Source: an uncultured Acidobacteriota bacterium
GTDB lineage: Bacteria > Acidobacteriota > Thermoanaerobaculia > Gp7-AA8
Assembly: GCA_963741955.1 (NCBI GenBank)
Contig: CAVUKB010000007.1
Location: forward strand, 800,001 to 864,000
Length of the DNA stretch: 64,000 bases
Direction: 5' to 3'
Shown here: positions 28,405 to 38,836 of the stretch, one piece after another
Layout of the letters: the number at the start of each line of letters is the position of its first letter
How positions within the stretch are numbered: the stretch's first letter is position 1
Translations under genes and position numbers: made by a program
The notes under the pieces: generated by a model
Told to the model about the DNA's origin: nothing
What the model saw: the letters and a program-made list of their open reading frames with translations, nothing else
Databases searched by the model: none

Positions 28405-29166
28405 ATGTACAAGCGAGTGTTGAGTATCGTTTTGCCCCTGGTATCCGTCTGTCCAATCGTGATGGCTCAACCGGTGAGTTCTGCCGACGCCATTCTCCCG
28501 GTGGTCGGGTCGACGGCAGGCGCGCACGGAGCGAATTTCAAGACCGGCTTTCAGATGAACAACCGGACGGACGAGGCGATGTCCGGATGGCTCGTCTTTC
28601 ATTCCCAGGGGGTGGCGGCGACGGCAGGTGACGCGAAGCTTCACTACGACCTTCCGCCGCATGCGACGCTCGCGGCGGACGACGTGGTCGCGGAGATGGG
28701 GGCAAGCGGCCTCGGTTCGATGGATCTGGTCGTCGAGCAGGGGGACGTTCCGACCATCGTGGCCCGCGCCTACGACGATCAGGAGAGCGGTACCACCGGA
28801 GTGATGGTTCCTTTGTTCGATCCTGCCCGGGCACTGGCCATGGGCGATTCGCTGTCGCTCATCGTTCCGCGCGATCTCGAGCGGTTCCGATTCAACATCG
28901 GGGTGCGAACACTCGATCAGGGAGCCACGGTGGCCGTGGTCGTGCGTGGAGAGGATGGCATCGTCCGCTCCGAGCTCGGCGAGATGACCTGGCCGGCCGG
29001 GTACTTCATCCAGCAGCCGGCGAATCAGTTCACCGGAGTCGCGCTTCTCCCGAATGAGAGCATCGGCTTTCAGGTCGTCCAGGGGAGCGCAATCATTTAC
29101 GGCACCACCGTCGACAACAGCACCAACGATTCGAGCATCCAGATTCTTCAACGACGGAATCCCTGA
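28405..29166 (+). CDS. Secreted beta-rich hypothetical protein, paralog of the N-terminal domain of the downstream giant protein
   Basis: Sec-like signal; ILPVVGSTAGAHGANFKT ... DVVAEMGASGLGSMD ... DNSTNDSSIQI. Confidence 0.85.
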   Translation: MYKRVLSIVLPLVSVCPIVMAQPVSSADAILPVVGSTAGAHGANFKTGFQMNNRTDEAMSGWLVFHSQGVAATAGDAKLHYDLPPHATLAADDVVAEMGASGLGSMDLVVEQGDVPTIVARAYDDQESGTTGVMVPLFDPARALAMGDSLSLIVPRDLERFRFNIGVRTLDQGATVAVVVRGEDGIVRSELGEMTWPAGYFIQQPANQFTGVALLPNESIGFQVVQGSAIIYGTTVDNSTNDSSIQILQRRNP

Positions 29167-29324
29167 ACTTCCCGGAGGTGACGAGCCGCCGCCGATTCCG
29201 GCTCGCGCACCGAGTCTCGCATGGTGAAGGGGGGCATCCCTTTCACCAGCATGCAGAAATCCGATCGGACGCCCAGCAGGATTCGCACGTCCACATTCAG
29301 AGAAGCGAAAGAAGGGTTCAGGTG

Positions 29325-32300
29325 ATGAGAGCACTCTCGCGCGTACCGCTGCTCAGTCTCGCCATTTTGCTGTCCGCTGTCGCGGTTCTCGCTCAGGCGC
29401 CACCGACCGGTGCGATGCAGGTCATTCCGGTCGTCGGCTCCACCGCCGGCGCGCACGGCGCACAGTTCCGGACCGAGCTCCAGCTCCAGAATCCGACCGG
29501 TGCGACCATCAGCGGAACCATCGTCTATCACCCTGCGGGACAGCCGGGATCTCCGGCGGATCCGCAGCTGCGCTACTCGCTCGATCCATTCGCCGTGAAG
29601 TCGTACGCCGACGTCGTTGCCGAGATGGGGCAGAGTGGACTCGGCTCCATGGACGTCGTGGCGGATTCGGGGATGGCCCTCCCGGACGCGGTGGTGCGCG
29701 CCTACAACACGCGCGAGGATGGCGGAACGACCGGGAGCTCGATCCCGGTGCTGAGCCCCGATGACGCGATGCAGAGCGGCGACCTCGCTTCCCTGATCGT
29801 ACCGGCCGACCTCGGGCGCTACCGGCTGAACGTCGGCATCCGCACCCTCGGAGAGCCGACCTCGATCCGGCTGCGCGTCTACGGTTCCGACGGAACCCAG
29901 CGCGGCGACGCCGTCAGCCTGAGCTATCCCGCGAACTATTTCGAACAGAAACCGGTCGACCAGCTCATTCCTTTCGCCGTCCAGCCGAACGACTCCATCG
30001 TCTTCGAGATCGAATCGGGAAGCGCGTTCGTCTACGGGACGAACACGGACAACCGGACCAACGACCCCAGCGTTCAGATCGATCGTTTCTTCGGGAAACA
30101 ACATGGTGCAAAGGACCAGACCGTCGAGACGGATGAAGACACGCCCGTGGACATCACCCTCGAGGGAGTTGCCCCGGGACGGCGCGTGCTCGACTTCAGC
30201 ATCGTTTCCGGCCCGGCGCACGGAACGCTCTCGTCCCAGACCCGCATCGACGACGAGCACGTGAAGCTGACCTACACTCCGTCGCAGGACTACAACGGAA
30301 CGGACTCGTTCGATTTCCAGGTGTCTGATCCCCTCACCGGAAAGTCCGACCAGGCCACCGTTCACATCATCGTCCATCCGGTGAACGACGCGCCGACCGC
30401 TCAGCCCAACAGTGTGACGGCGGATGAGGACACCCAGGTCACCGTCGATCTGATCGGCGCCGACGTCGATCACGACACGTTGACGTACAGCATTCTGACG
30501 CCGCCCTCGCACGGCACACTGGACGCTGTGACGAAGATCAGCGACCTCCTCGCGCGCGTCGATTACACACCCGACGCGAACTACAATGGATCGGATTCAT
30601 TCGAGTTCCAGGTGAGCGACGGAAGCCTGACGGCGACGGCGACGGTCACGATCGACGTACGCCCGGTCGACGATGCTCCGGTCGCCACCGCCGACTCGTA
30701 CACGTTGCTCGAAGACCAGACGCTCAACGAGGCGGCCCCCGGCGTTCTCGCCAATGACACCGATACCGAAGGCGATCCGCTCACCGCGATCCTGGTGAGC
30801 GGTGCGAGCCACGGAACGGTCACCCTGAACGCCGATGGCTCGTTCACGTACGTCCCCGTCGCGGACTATTTCGGTTCCGATGCCTTCACCTACAAGTCGA
30901 ACGACGGAACGCTCGACTCGGGAGTGGTGTCCGTGAGCCTCACCATCACTCCGGTCAATGATGCACCGAGCTTCGCGAAGGGGGCGGACCAGACCGTGCT
31001 GGAAGACTCCGGCGCGCATTCCGTCTCGAACTGGGCGACGGCGATCAGCGCCGGACCGAACGAGGCCACGCAGACGGTCGTCTTCAACGTCACCGGCAAC
31101 AGTAATCCCGCGCTGTTCAGTACCGCCCCGGCGATTGCGCCGAACGGAACGCTGACGTTCACCTCTGCGCCCGACGCCAACGGTTCGGCAACCATCACCA
31201 TCGCGCTTCAGGACAACGGCGGAACCGCGAACGGCGGCGTGGATACCTCCGCGACGCAGACGTTCACGATCACGGTGACGGCGGTCAATGACGCTCCGGT
31301 CTTCACGAAAGGGGCGGACCAGACGGTGCTCGAGGATGCAGGAGCGCAGACGATCGCCAACTGGGCGAGTGCGATGAGCGCCGGACCATCCGACGAATCG
31401 ACGCAGACCGTGGCCTTCAACGTGACGGCGAACAGCAATGCGGCGCTCTTCAGTGCTCAGCCGGCAATCTCGCCGTCCGGAACACTGACCTACACGCCCG
31501 CTGCGAACGCGTACGGGTCGGCGACGATCACCATCGCGCTTCAGGACGACGGCGGAACGGCCAACGGCGGCGTGGATACTTCCGCGACTCAGACGTTCGT
31601 CATCAATGTCACTCCGGTCAACGACGCCCCGAGCTTCACCGGAGGAGCGAATCAGACCGTCCTGGAGGACGCGGGAGCGCAGAGCATCACGAACTGGGCG
31701 ACGGCGATCAGCGCCGGACCGAACGAGGCCACGCAGATCGTCTCGTTCGTGGTCGACTCGAACAGCAATCCGGCGCTCTTCGCGTCCGGACCGGCGGTGT
31801 CGTCGAACGGGACGTTGACCTGGACACCAGCTCTCAACGCGAACGGCTCCGCCACCATCACCCTCCACGCGATGGACGACGGTGGGACGGCGAACGGCGG
31901 AGTGGATGTCTCGCCGTCGCAGACATTTACGCTCACCGTCACCGCGGTCAATGATGCTCCGTCGTTCACCTCTGGCGGCGACGTCACCGTCGCCGAAGAC
32001 AGCGGCGCGTACTCGTCGGCGTGGGCGAGCGCGATGAGCGCGGGCCCGGCGGACGAAACCGGGCAGACGGTCGCTTTCGCGATCACCGGCAATACGAATC
32101 CCGCACTCTTCTCGTCGGGGCCGGCGATCGACGCCGCCGGAAATCTCACCTTCTCCACCGCGGCGAATGCGAATGGCTCCGCGACGGTCACCGTGACGCT
32201 CTCGGATAACGGAGGGACTGCCAACGGTGGCGTCGATACGTCCGCCCCGGTCTCCTTCACCATCACCCTCACCCCTGTGAACGACGCACCGGTCGCGGTG

Positions 32301-35300
32301 GCGGATGCATATGCGACGAACGAGGACACTCCTCTCAACGTCGCTGCCGCAGGTGTTCTGGCGAACGACACGGACGTCGACGGCGACCCACTGAGTGCGA
32401 TCCAGGTGTCGGGCCCCGCGAACGGCTCGCTGACGTTGAATCCGGACGGATCGTTCACCTACACACCGAACGCGAACTACAATGGATCCGACTCGTTCAC
32501 GTACAAGGCGAACGACGGCTCCGTCGATTCGAACGTCGTCACCGTGTCGATCACCATCAATGCCGTGAACGACCCTCCCGTCGCCGGTGATGATTCGTAC
32601 ACCACGGCCGAGGACACTCCGATGGTCGTCGCCGCGCCTGGCGTTCTCGGGAACGACTCCGACGTGGAGAGTGACCCTTTGACCGCCGTGCTGGTCACCA
32701 GTCCCGCGCACGGATCACTCACGCTCAACCCGGATGGCTCGTTCAGCTACACTCCGGCCCTGAACTACAACGGACCGGACAGCTTCACGTACGAAGCGAA
32801 TGACGGGACGTCCAACTCGAACGTCGCGACGGTCAGCATCACCGTGACTGCGGTGAACGACGCGCCGGTGGCGGTCGATGACTCGTACAGTACCAACGAA
32901 GACACTCCGCTGAACGTCCTGGCTGCTTCGGGGGTCCTGGCGAACGACACCGACGTCGATGGAGATCCGCTGACCGCGATCCTCGTCGCGGGTCCGTCGA
33001 ACGGGGGACTGACACTGAATGCGGACGGATCCTTCAGCTACACGCCGAACGCGAACTACAACGGCTCCGACTCGTTCACCTACAAGGCGAACGACGGCTC
33101 GCTCGACTCGAACGTGGCCACCGTGACCATCACGATCAACGCGGTGAACGATCCCCCGGTGGCGACCGGCGACTCGTACACCACGACCGAGGATACTCCG
33201 CTGAACGTCGTGGCTGCGACGGGCGTTCTTGCGAACGACACCGACCCCGAGAGCGATCCGCTCACTGCGGTCCTGGTGTCCGCACCATCGAACGGTACCC
33301 TGACACTCAATGCGGACGGATCGTTCACTTATACTCCGAGCGCGAACTTCAACGGTTCCGATTCATTCACCTACAAAGCGAACGACGGGACGTCCGACTC
33401 GAATGTCGCCACCGTCGCCATCAATGTGACCGCGGTCAACGACCCTCCGGTCGCGAACGGCGACTCGTTCAGTGTGAACGAGGATACCCCTCTTCCGGTG
33501 GCCGCTCCGGGTGTGTTGGCCAACGATACGGACGTCGAAAACGATCCGCTGGTGGCGGTACTCGTTTCCGGGCCGGCCAACGCGGCGTCGTTCACGTTGA
33601 ATGCCGACGGCTCGTTCAGCTATACGCCGAACCCGAATTTCAACGGAGCCGACTCGTTCACGTACAAGGCAAACGACGGGTCACTCGATTCGAACGTGGC
33701 GACGGTGACGATCACCGTCAATCCGGTCGACGACGCGCCGGTCAACAGCGTCCCCGCCGCACAGACGATGGATCAGGGGACCACGCTCACCTTCTCTACC
33801 GGAGGGGGCAACGCGATCTCGATCTCCGATGTGGATGCGGGAGTGGGAGCCATGGCGGTGACCCTCACCGCTTCCGACGGTACACTCTCGCTCTCCGGTA
33901 CGGCCGGACTGAGTTTCACCACCGGCTCGGGGACGAACGATTCCACGATGACCTTCACCGGGACCGTGGCGAACGTCAACGTCGCGCTGGAAGGGATGAC
34001 TTACACCCCCGGCGCGGCGTTCTTCGGATCGACCTCCGTCACCATCACCACCAGTGACCAGGGGAACACCGGCGCGGGCGGGCCGCTCTCGGACAGCGAC
34101 TCGGTTGCGATCACCGTCAACCAGGTGAATCAGCCACCGGTGAACTCCGTCCCTGCAGCGCAGACGATAGACGAAGACACCTCGCTCACGTTCTCGACCG
34201 CCAACTCGAACCTGATCTCCATCAGTGATCCCGACGCGGGATCGGCGAGCGTCCAGGTGACTCTCGGCGTCACGAACGGGACTCTGACTCTGAGCGGAAC
34301 GACCAACCTGACGTTCACGACCGGCACCGGTACCGCCGATGCAACGATGACGTTCACCGGCACGATCGCCGACATCAACAACGCGCTTGCGGGTCTGGTC
34401 TACTCGCCACCGGCGAACTACAACGGAACCGAGACGTTGACCATCCTCACCGACGATCTCGGGAATACCGGTCCGGGTGGAAACAAGACGGACACCGATT
34501 CGGTGACCATTACGATCAATGCAGTCGACGACGCGCCGGTGCTCACGGCACCGGGCTCCGTCACGATCGACGAAGACAACACGCAGACGTTCTCCGGCAC
34601 CATCTCTGTGGCGGACGTCGACGCAGGATCGAATCCGATCGCCGTGTCGCTCTCGGTCAGTCACGGTAACATCGCACTTGCAAGCCTGGTGGGCCTGAGC
34701 ATCACCAGCGGCGCCGACGGAACGTCGGCCGTGGCGTTTACAGGCACACTCACGGACGTCAATAGTGCGCTCAACGGCCTGGTGTACACGCCTGCTGCGA
34801 ACTACAACGGAAGCGACGCTCTTGCGGCCAGTGTGAATGACCAGGGCTACACCGGCTCGGGCGGACCACTCGCCGACAACAGTTCGGTCGCGATCACGAT
34901 CAATGCAGTGAACGATCCGCCGACCGCAACGGCCGCAGGTCCTTACGGCGCCTACCCGGCGATCCCGATCTCATTTGCCGCGGGAACCCTCGGCGGAACG
35001 GACGTGGACGCGGGAACCACGGTCACCATCGACACGGCGCCTGTGGCCACGACGAACGGCTTCGTCACTCTGAATACCGATGGGAGTTTCACGTTCACAC
35101 CTTCTCACGGGGCCGCTGGTGGAACGGCGTCGTTCCAGTACCGCGTATGTGATGACGGAAGCCCTGCACCCGGACTCTGCAGCAGCGCCGTCACCGTCAC
35201 TTTCAACGTGAGCTCGACCGACGTCTACTTCGTGAAGGCGGCGGGAAGCGGCACGGGGTGCGCGCTCGGGTCCGAATGCACGCTCGCCACGGCGCTCACT

Positions 35301-37691
35301 CAGATCGGCGCAGCGACCGGAAAGTCGATCTTCATCGGTGATGCCGCGAACCACAGTACGGCAGTCACTCTCAACACCGGCGGGGCGCTCGTGGGAGAGG
35401 GTGCGACCGCATCGTTCGACACCATCTTCGGAATCAACAGCGGCATCGGTTCTCCGGGAGTCCTGGCGACGCGGCCGGCCACGAACACGACCGCGCCGAC
35501 GATTCAGCAGACGGTGACGCTCGCGGCGAGCTCCCTTCTGCGAGGGGTGACCGTTTCGACGAGCGGCGCGACTGCGGTCTCGGGTGGCGCGATCGCAGGC
35601 CCGGCGGTCAGTGAAGTCACCGCCAACGCGACGACGGCACCGGCCGTCGTGCTGAACGGATCGACGGCCGTCAATATGAGCTTCTCGGGGATCTCGAGCT
35701 CGTCCAGCGGCAGCAGCGGAGTTTCGCTCACCAACGTCACCGGCAACTTTATCGCTCTCGGCGGGACGCTCTCGAACGCGACCGCGGCCGACTTCCTGGT
35801 CAGCGGCGGAACGGCGAACGTGACGTATGCCGGCTCGATCAGCGACGCGACCGGAACGGCGGTGAGCGTGGCGAACGCAACTGGCGGAACGAAGACTTTC
35901 AGCGGCGCAATCGGCAGCGGCTCCGTGTCGCTCACCTCCAATACAGGAGCGACGATCAGCTTCACCGGCGCACTTACGCTGAGTACCAGCATGGCCACTG
36001 CGTTCACTGCGACAGGTGGTGGAATTGTCACCGCGACCAACACCGCCAGCACGATCACGACGACCAGTGGCACCGCAGTGAACGTCAGCAACACCACGAT
36101 CGGTGGCGGAGGCCTCACCTTCCAAAGGATCGATCACAGTGGGAACAACACCACGATTGCACTGACGAATACTGGATCGGGTCCTTTCACCGTCTCCGGT
36201 AGCGGAACGACAGCGGGGAGCGGCGGCACGATTCAGAACACGGTCGGCGCGGATGCAGTGACATTGAACAACACCGGTGGCGTCGTGACGCTGAAGTACA
36301 TGACCATCCAGGACATCACGGCGGCGACCGACGCCGTCGACGGCGAGGACACGCACAGCAACGTCGACGCGATCCAGGGCCAGAACGTCAACGGAGGCCT
36401 GACGCTCGACAACGTCACGATCCAGCGGATCAGCGACAACGGCGTCAACGGCTCCATCGACGGAGCGCCGCCGAGCTCCACCACCTGGAACGGTCTCACG
36501 CTATCGAACTGTACGTTCACGAACACGAACCGGTTCAACACCAGCCATGCCGACGCGAACAACGAAGGGGCGGTGTACATCCAGGGGATCAAGGGAATCG
36601 TCTCGGTGACCGGAAGCAGCTTCTCGAACGCGGGCAACGGTCTGATCCTGAGAACCGCCAGCACCGGGACGCTGGACATGACGGTACGGAGCAACAGTTT
36701 CACCACTCTGTACAAGGAGATCGGCACGCTCAGTGTGGGTAACTTCGGCATCGACGTGATTCAGGAGGGCTCGCTCTCGTCGACGATCCGCATCGGCGAT
36801 ACGGCGACCGAGTCGAACGCAGCGCTCGGAAACGTTTTCACCAACGGCGGCGACCGAGCGTCGATCCGCATCATCTCCGATACCGGGTCGACCGGAGCGA
36901 TGAAGTCGTCGGTCGCGAAGAACACGTTCACGATCACGGATCACACCTCGCCAGGCACCTCGCCCGGCAGCTTTGTTTTCAACTTCCCGCAGGGCGGCGT
37001 CCTGTTGCGGGCGCTGGGCAGCGGCAACTACGAGGCGATCTTCGCGAGCAATGTTCTCGATCAGGTGATGCATGCCGACGGCGGGCTGGGCCAGCTCACA
37101 ATGTTGGCCGAGAAAGGCGACTCCGAGTTCATCGTTCGCAATAACACGTTCCGGCTCCCGTGGGATGCTCCGGTCGAGCTTCGAGCCGACGGTGCTGCCG
37201 GTGGTCAGAACAGCGCGAAAGTACTCTTCACCAACAACACGTACGTGGACGGGACGGTGGGAAGCGCATCCGACGATCTCGGCGCACCGTTCCCATCGCC
37301 GTACACGCCTTCTTACACGCAGGTGCGAAACAACGGTCGTCTCGATCTCACGGTGCAGAACGACGGCCCGTTCGGCTTAAACGATCCCTCCTCCGGATTC
37401 GCGAATTCGTTCCACGCGCAGACAACCAGCTCAGGCGACGTCTTGAATCTGTTCCTGCTGAACACGGCGTCACCGCTCGGGTACCAGCTGAAGGCAGCGA
37501 CCGCTACGACTTACAACCTGTTCCGCAACGGCTCGGGCTCGGGAACCGCGCAGGGCGTTCTTCAGGACAATAACAATACCGGAGGCGGGGGAGCCGACGG
37601 CACCACGCCACCGGTCGCGAATCTGTCCGGTGCTGGAACGGTGACGCTGTCCGGAGTTCCACCACCACTGCCGAACATCACTCAGCCTTGA
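29325..37691 (+). CDS. Giant Ig-repeat (cadherin-like/Big_9) surface protein, ~2788 aa, putative adhesin
   Basis: Sec signal MRALSRVPLLSLAILLSAVAVLA, a ~220-aa N-terminal domain, 16 (V)ND(A/P)P-delimited ~100-aa repeats, and a C-terminal G/S/T/N-rich beta-helix-like region. Confidence 0.9.
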   Translation: MRALSRVPLLSLAILLSAVAVLAQAPPTGAMQVIPVVGSTAGAHGAQFRTELQLQNPTGATISGTIVYHPAGQPGSPADPQLRYSLDPFAVKSYADVVAEMGQSGLGSMDVVADSGMALPDAVVRAYNTREDGGTTGSSIPVLSPDDAMQSGDLASLIVPADLGRYRLNVGIRTLGEPTSIRLRVYGSDGTQRGDAVSLSYPANYFEQKPVDQLIPFAVQPNDSIVFEIESGSAFVYGTNTDNRTNDPSVQIDRFFGKQHGAKDQTVETDEDTPVDITLEGVAPGRRVLDFSIVSGPAHGTLSSQTRIDDEHVKLTYTPSQDYNGTDSFDFQVSDPLTGKSDQATVHIIVHPVNDAPTAQPNSVTADEDTQVTVDLIGADVDHDTLTYSILTPPSHGTLDAVTKISDLLARVDYTPDANYNGSDSFEFQVSDGSLTATATVTIDVRPVDDAPVATADSYTLLEDQTLNEAAPGVLANDTDTEGDPLTAILVSGASHGTVTLNADGSFTYVPVADYFGSDAFTYKSNDGTLDSGVVSVSLTITPVNDAPSFAKGADQTVLEDSGAHSVSNWATAISAGPNEATQTVVFNVTGNSNPALFSTAPAIAPNGTLTFTSAPDANGSATITIALQDNGGTANGGVDTSATQTFTITVTAVNDAPVFTKGADQTVLEDAGAQTIANWASAMSAGPSDESTQTVAFNVTANSNAALFSAQPAISPSGTLTYTPAANAYGSATITIALQDDGGTANGGVDTSATQTFVINVTPVNDAPSFTGGANQTVLEDAGAQSITNWATAISAGPNEATQIVSFVVDSNSNPALFASGPAVSSNGTLTWTPALNANGSATITLHAMDDGGTANGGVDVSPSQTFTLTVTAVNDAPSFTSGGDVTVAEDSGAYSSAWASAMSAGPADETGQTVAFAITGNTNPALFSSGPAIDAAGNLTFSTAANANGSATVTVTLSDNGGTANGGVDTSAPVSFTITLTPVNDAPVAVADAYATNEDTPLNVAAAGVLANDTDVDGDPLSAIQVSGPANGSLTLNPDGSFTYTPNANYNGSDSFTYKANDGSVDSNVVTVSITINAVNDPPVAGDDSYTTAEDTPMVVAAPGVLGNDSDVESDPLTAVLVTSPAHGSLTLNPDGSFSYTPALNYNGPDSFTYEANDGTSNSNVATVSITVTAVNDAPVAVDDSYSTNEDTPLNVLAASGVLANDTDVDGDPLTAILVAGPSNGGLTLNADGSFSYTPNANYNGSDSFTYKANDGSLDSNVATVTITINAVNDPPVATGDSYTTTEDTPLNVVAATGVLANDTDPESDPLTAVLVSAPSNGTLTLNADGSFTYTPSANFNGSDSFTYKANDGTSDSNVATVAINVTAVNDPPVANGDSFSVNEDTPLPVAAPGVLANDTDVENDPLVAVLVSGPANAASFTLNADGSFSYTPNPNFNGADSFTYKANDGSLDSNVATVTITVNPVDDAPVNSVPAAQTMDQGTTLTFSTGGGNAISISDVDAGVGAMAVTLTASDGTLSLSGTAGLSFTTGSGTNDSTMTFTGTVANVNVALEGMTYTPGAAFFGSTSVTITTSDQGNTGAGGPLSDSDSVAITVNQVNQPPVNSVPAAQTIDEDTSLTFSTANSNLISISDPDAGSASVQVTLGVTNGTLTLSGTTNLTFTTGTGTADATMTFTGTIADINNALAGLVYSPPANYNGTETLTILTDDLGNTGPGGNKTDTDSVTITINAVDDAPVLTAPGSVTIDEDNTQTFSGTISVADVDAGSNPIAVSLSVSHGNIALASLVGLSITSGADGTSAVAFTGTLTDVNSALNGLVYTPAANYNGSDALAASVNDQGYTGSGGPLADNSSVAITINAVNDPPTATAAGPYGAYPAIPISFAAGTLGGTDVDAGTTVTIDTAPVATTNGFVTLNTDGSFTFTPSHGAAGGTASFQYRVCDDGSPAPGLCSSAVTVTFNVSSTDVYFVKAAGSGTGCALGSECTLATALTQIGAATGKSIFIGDAANHSTAVTLNTGGALVGEGATASFDTIFGINSGIGSPGVLATRPATNTTAPTIQQTVTLAASSLLRGVTVSTSGATAVSGGAIAGPAVSEVTANATTAPAVVLNGSTAVNMSFSGISSSSSGSSGVSLTNVTGNFIALGGTLSNATAADFLVSGGTANVTYAGSISDATGTAVSVANATGGTKTFSGAIGSGSVSLTSNTGATISFTGALTLSTSMATAFTATGGGIVTATNTASTITTTSGTAVNVSNTTIGGGGLTFQRIDHSGNNTTIALTNTGSGPFTVSGSGTTAGSGGTIQNTVGADAVTLNNTGGVVTLKYMTIQDITAATDAVDGEDTHSNVDAIQGQNVNGGLTLDNVTIQRISDNGVNGSIDGAPPSSTTWNGLTLSNCTFTNTNRFNTSHADANNEGAVYIQGIKGIVSVTGSSFSNAGNGLILRTASTGTLDMTVRSNSFTTLYKEIGTLSVGNFGIDVIQEGSLSSTIRIGDTATESNAALGNVFTNGGDRASIRIISDTGSTGAMKSSVAKNTFTITDHTSPGTSPGSFVFNFPQGGVLLRALGSGNYEAIFASNVLDQVMHADGGLGQLTMLAEKGDSEFIVRNNTFRLPWDAPVELRADGAAGGQNSAKVLFTNNTYVDGTVGSASDDLGAPFPSPYTPSYTQVRNNGRLDLTVQNDGPFGLNDPSSGFANSFHAQTTSSGDVLNLFLLNTASPLGYQLKAATATTYNLFRNGSGSGTAQGVLQDNNNTGGGGADGTTPPVANLSGAGTVTLSGVPPPLPNITQP

Positions 37692-37754
37692 CGGGGCGTC
37701 ACCCAGCTGGAGGAGCTCTTGGAAATACACAGTGGACTGAGGAGGAGGTATTAA

Positions 37755-38264
37755 ATGGCAGAACCTTTCCTGAGCGAGATCAGGCTCTTTACCTTTACAT
37801 TCGCGCCGAAAGGATGGGCGCTTTGCGACGGCCAACTGCTGCCGATCAATCAGAATCAGGCGCTCTTCTCATTGCTCGGCACGACGTATGGCGGGAACGG
37901 ACAGACGAATTTCGCACTGCCCGATCTCCGCGGGCGAGTTCCGATCCACACGGGCAGCGGGTTTACACTCGGTGAGCGTGGCGGGGAACAGGCCCACACT
38001 CTGTCGATCTCCGAGCTTCCGACGCACACGCACGTCGCTTCAGGCGTCAATGCGACGGCCACTTCGGCCTCTCCGGCGGGCGCATTCTTCGCGACCTCGC
38101 CGACCGCCCTCGGCTCGGTGTACGGACCTCCCTCCAATTTGGTCGCGACGAATGCCGCGTCAGTCGCGAACGCAGGAGGGTCTCAGGCTCATCTCAACAT
38201 GCAGCCGTACCTGACGTTGTCGTTCGGGATTGCATTGCAGGGGATCTTCCCGAGCCCGAACTAG
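37755..38264 (+). CDS. Phage tail collar domain protein 1 (microcystin-dependent-protein-like)
   Basis: PFLSEIRLF..FAPKGWALCDGQLLPI.QNQALFSLLGTTYGGNG..NFALPDLRGR, HTH motif and NMQPYL...IALQGIFP. Confidence 0.92.
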   Translation: MAEPFLSEIRLFTFTFAPKGWALCDGQLLPINQNQALFSLLGTTYGGNGQTNFALPDLRGRVPIHTGSGFTLGERGGEQAHTLSISELPTHTHVASGVNATATSASPAGAFFATSPTALGSVYGPPSNLVATNAASVANAGGSQAHLNMQPYLTLSFGIALQGIFPSPN

Positions 38265-38279
38265 GAGAAGGAGCAGAAG

Positions 38280-38780
38280 ATGGCACAACCCTATATTGGA
38301 GAGATCCGGATGTTTGCGGGGAACTTCGCTCCGGCCGGATGGATGTTTTGCTCAGGGCAACTCCTCCCGATCAGCGAATACGATGCCCTTTTCAACCTGA
38401 TCGGAACGACCTACGGAGGCGACGGCCAGAGCACGTTCGCGCTCCCCGACCTGCGCGGGCGGATACCGATCCACCAGGGAAACGGGTTCATCATGGGCGA
38501 GACCGGTGGAGCCGAGGAGGTCACGTTGACGGTGCCCCAGATTTCAGCGCATTCGCACCCGTTCCTTGCGGCGAATGCGACGGCCGCGAGCTCGAATCCG
38601 GCCGCGGCTCTCCTGGCAGAGCCGACGGCGAGCATCTACAACGCCGGAACGAATCCAGTCGGCATGTCGCCGCAGGTCGTGAGCTCGACCGGCGGTTCGC
38701 AGCCACACAACAATTTCCAGCCGTATCTCTGCGTGGATTTCATCATCTCCCTCTTCGGGATCTACCCGAGTCCGACCTAG
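38280..38780 (+). CDS. Phage tail collar domain protein 2
   Basis: PYIGEIRMFAGNFAPAGWMFCSGQLLPI...TFALPDLRGR, HSH motif and HNNFQPYL. Confidence 0.92.
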   Translation: MAQPYIGEIRMFAGNFAPAGWMFCSGQLLPISEYDALFNLIGTTYGGDGQSTFALPDLRGRIPIHQGNGFIMGETGGAEEVTLTVPQISAHSHPFLAANATAASSNPAAALLAEPTASIYNAGTNPVGMSPQVVSSTGGSQPHNNFQPYLCVDFIISLFGIYPSPT

Positions 38781-38836
38781 GACTTCCGTCCCGCTGGCGA
38801 TGACGAGAATGCGCACTGTGCATGAGGAGGTGAATG

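Noticed and set aside
29178-29324. Upstream extension of the giant ORF with an RRRF pseudo-Tat motif
   Set aside because: No hydrophobic segment follows the arginines, and a normal Sec signal begins at ATG 29325.
29325-37691. Autotransporter or T1SS/RTX adhesin classification
   Set aside because: No C-terminal beta-barrel with terminal aromatic residue, no GGxGxD nonapeptide repeats, and no ABC/MFP/TolC genes adjacent.
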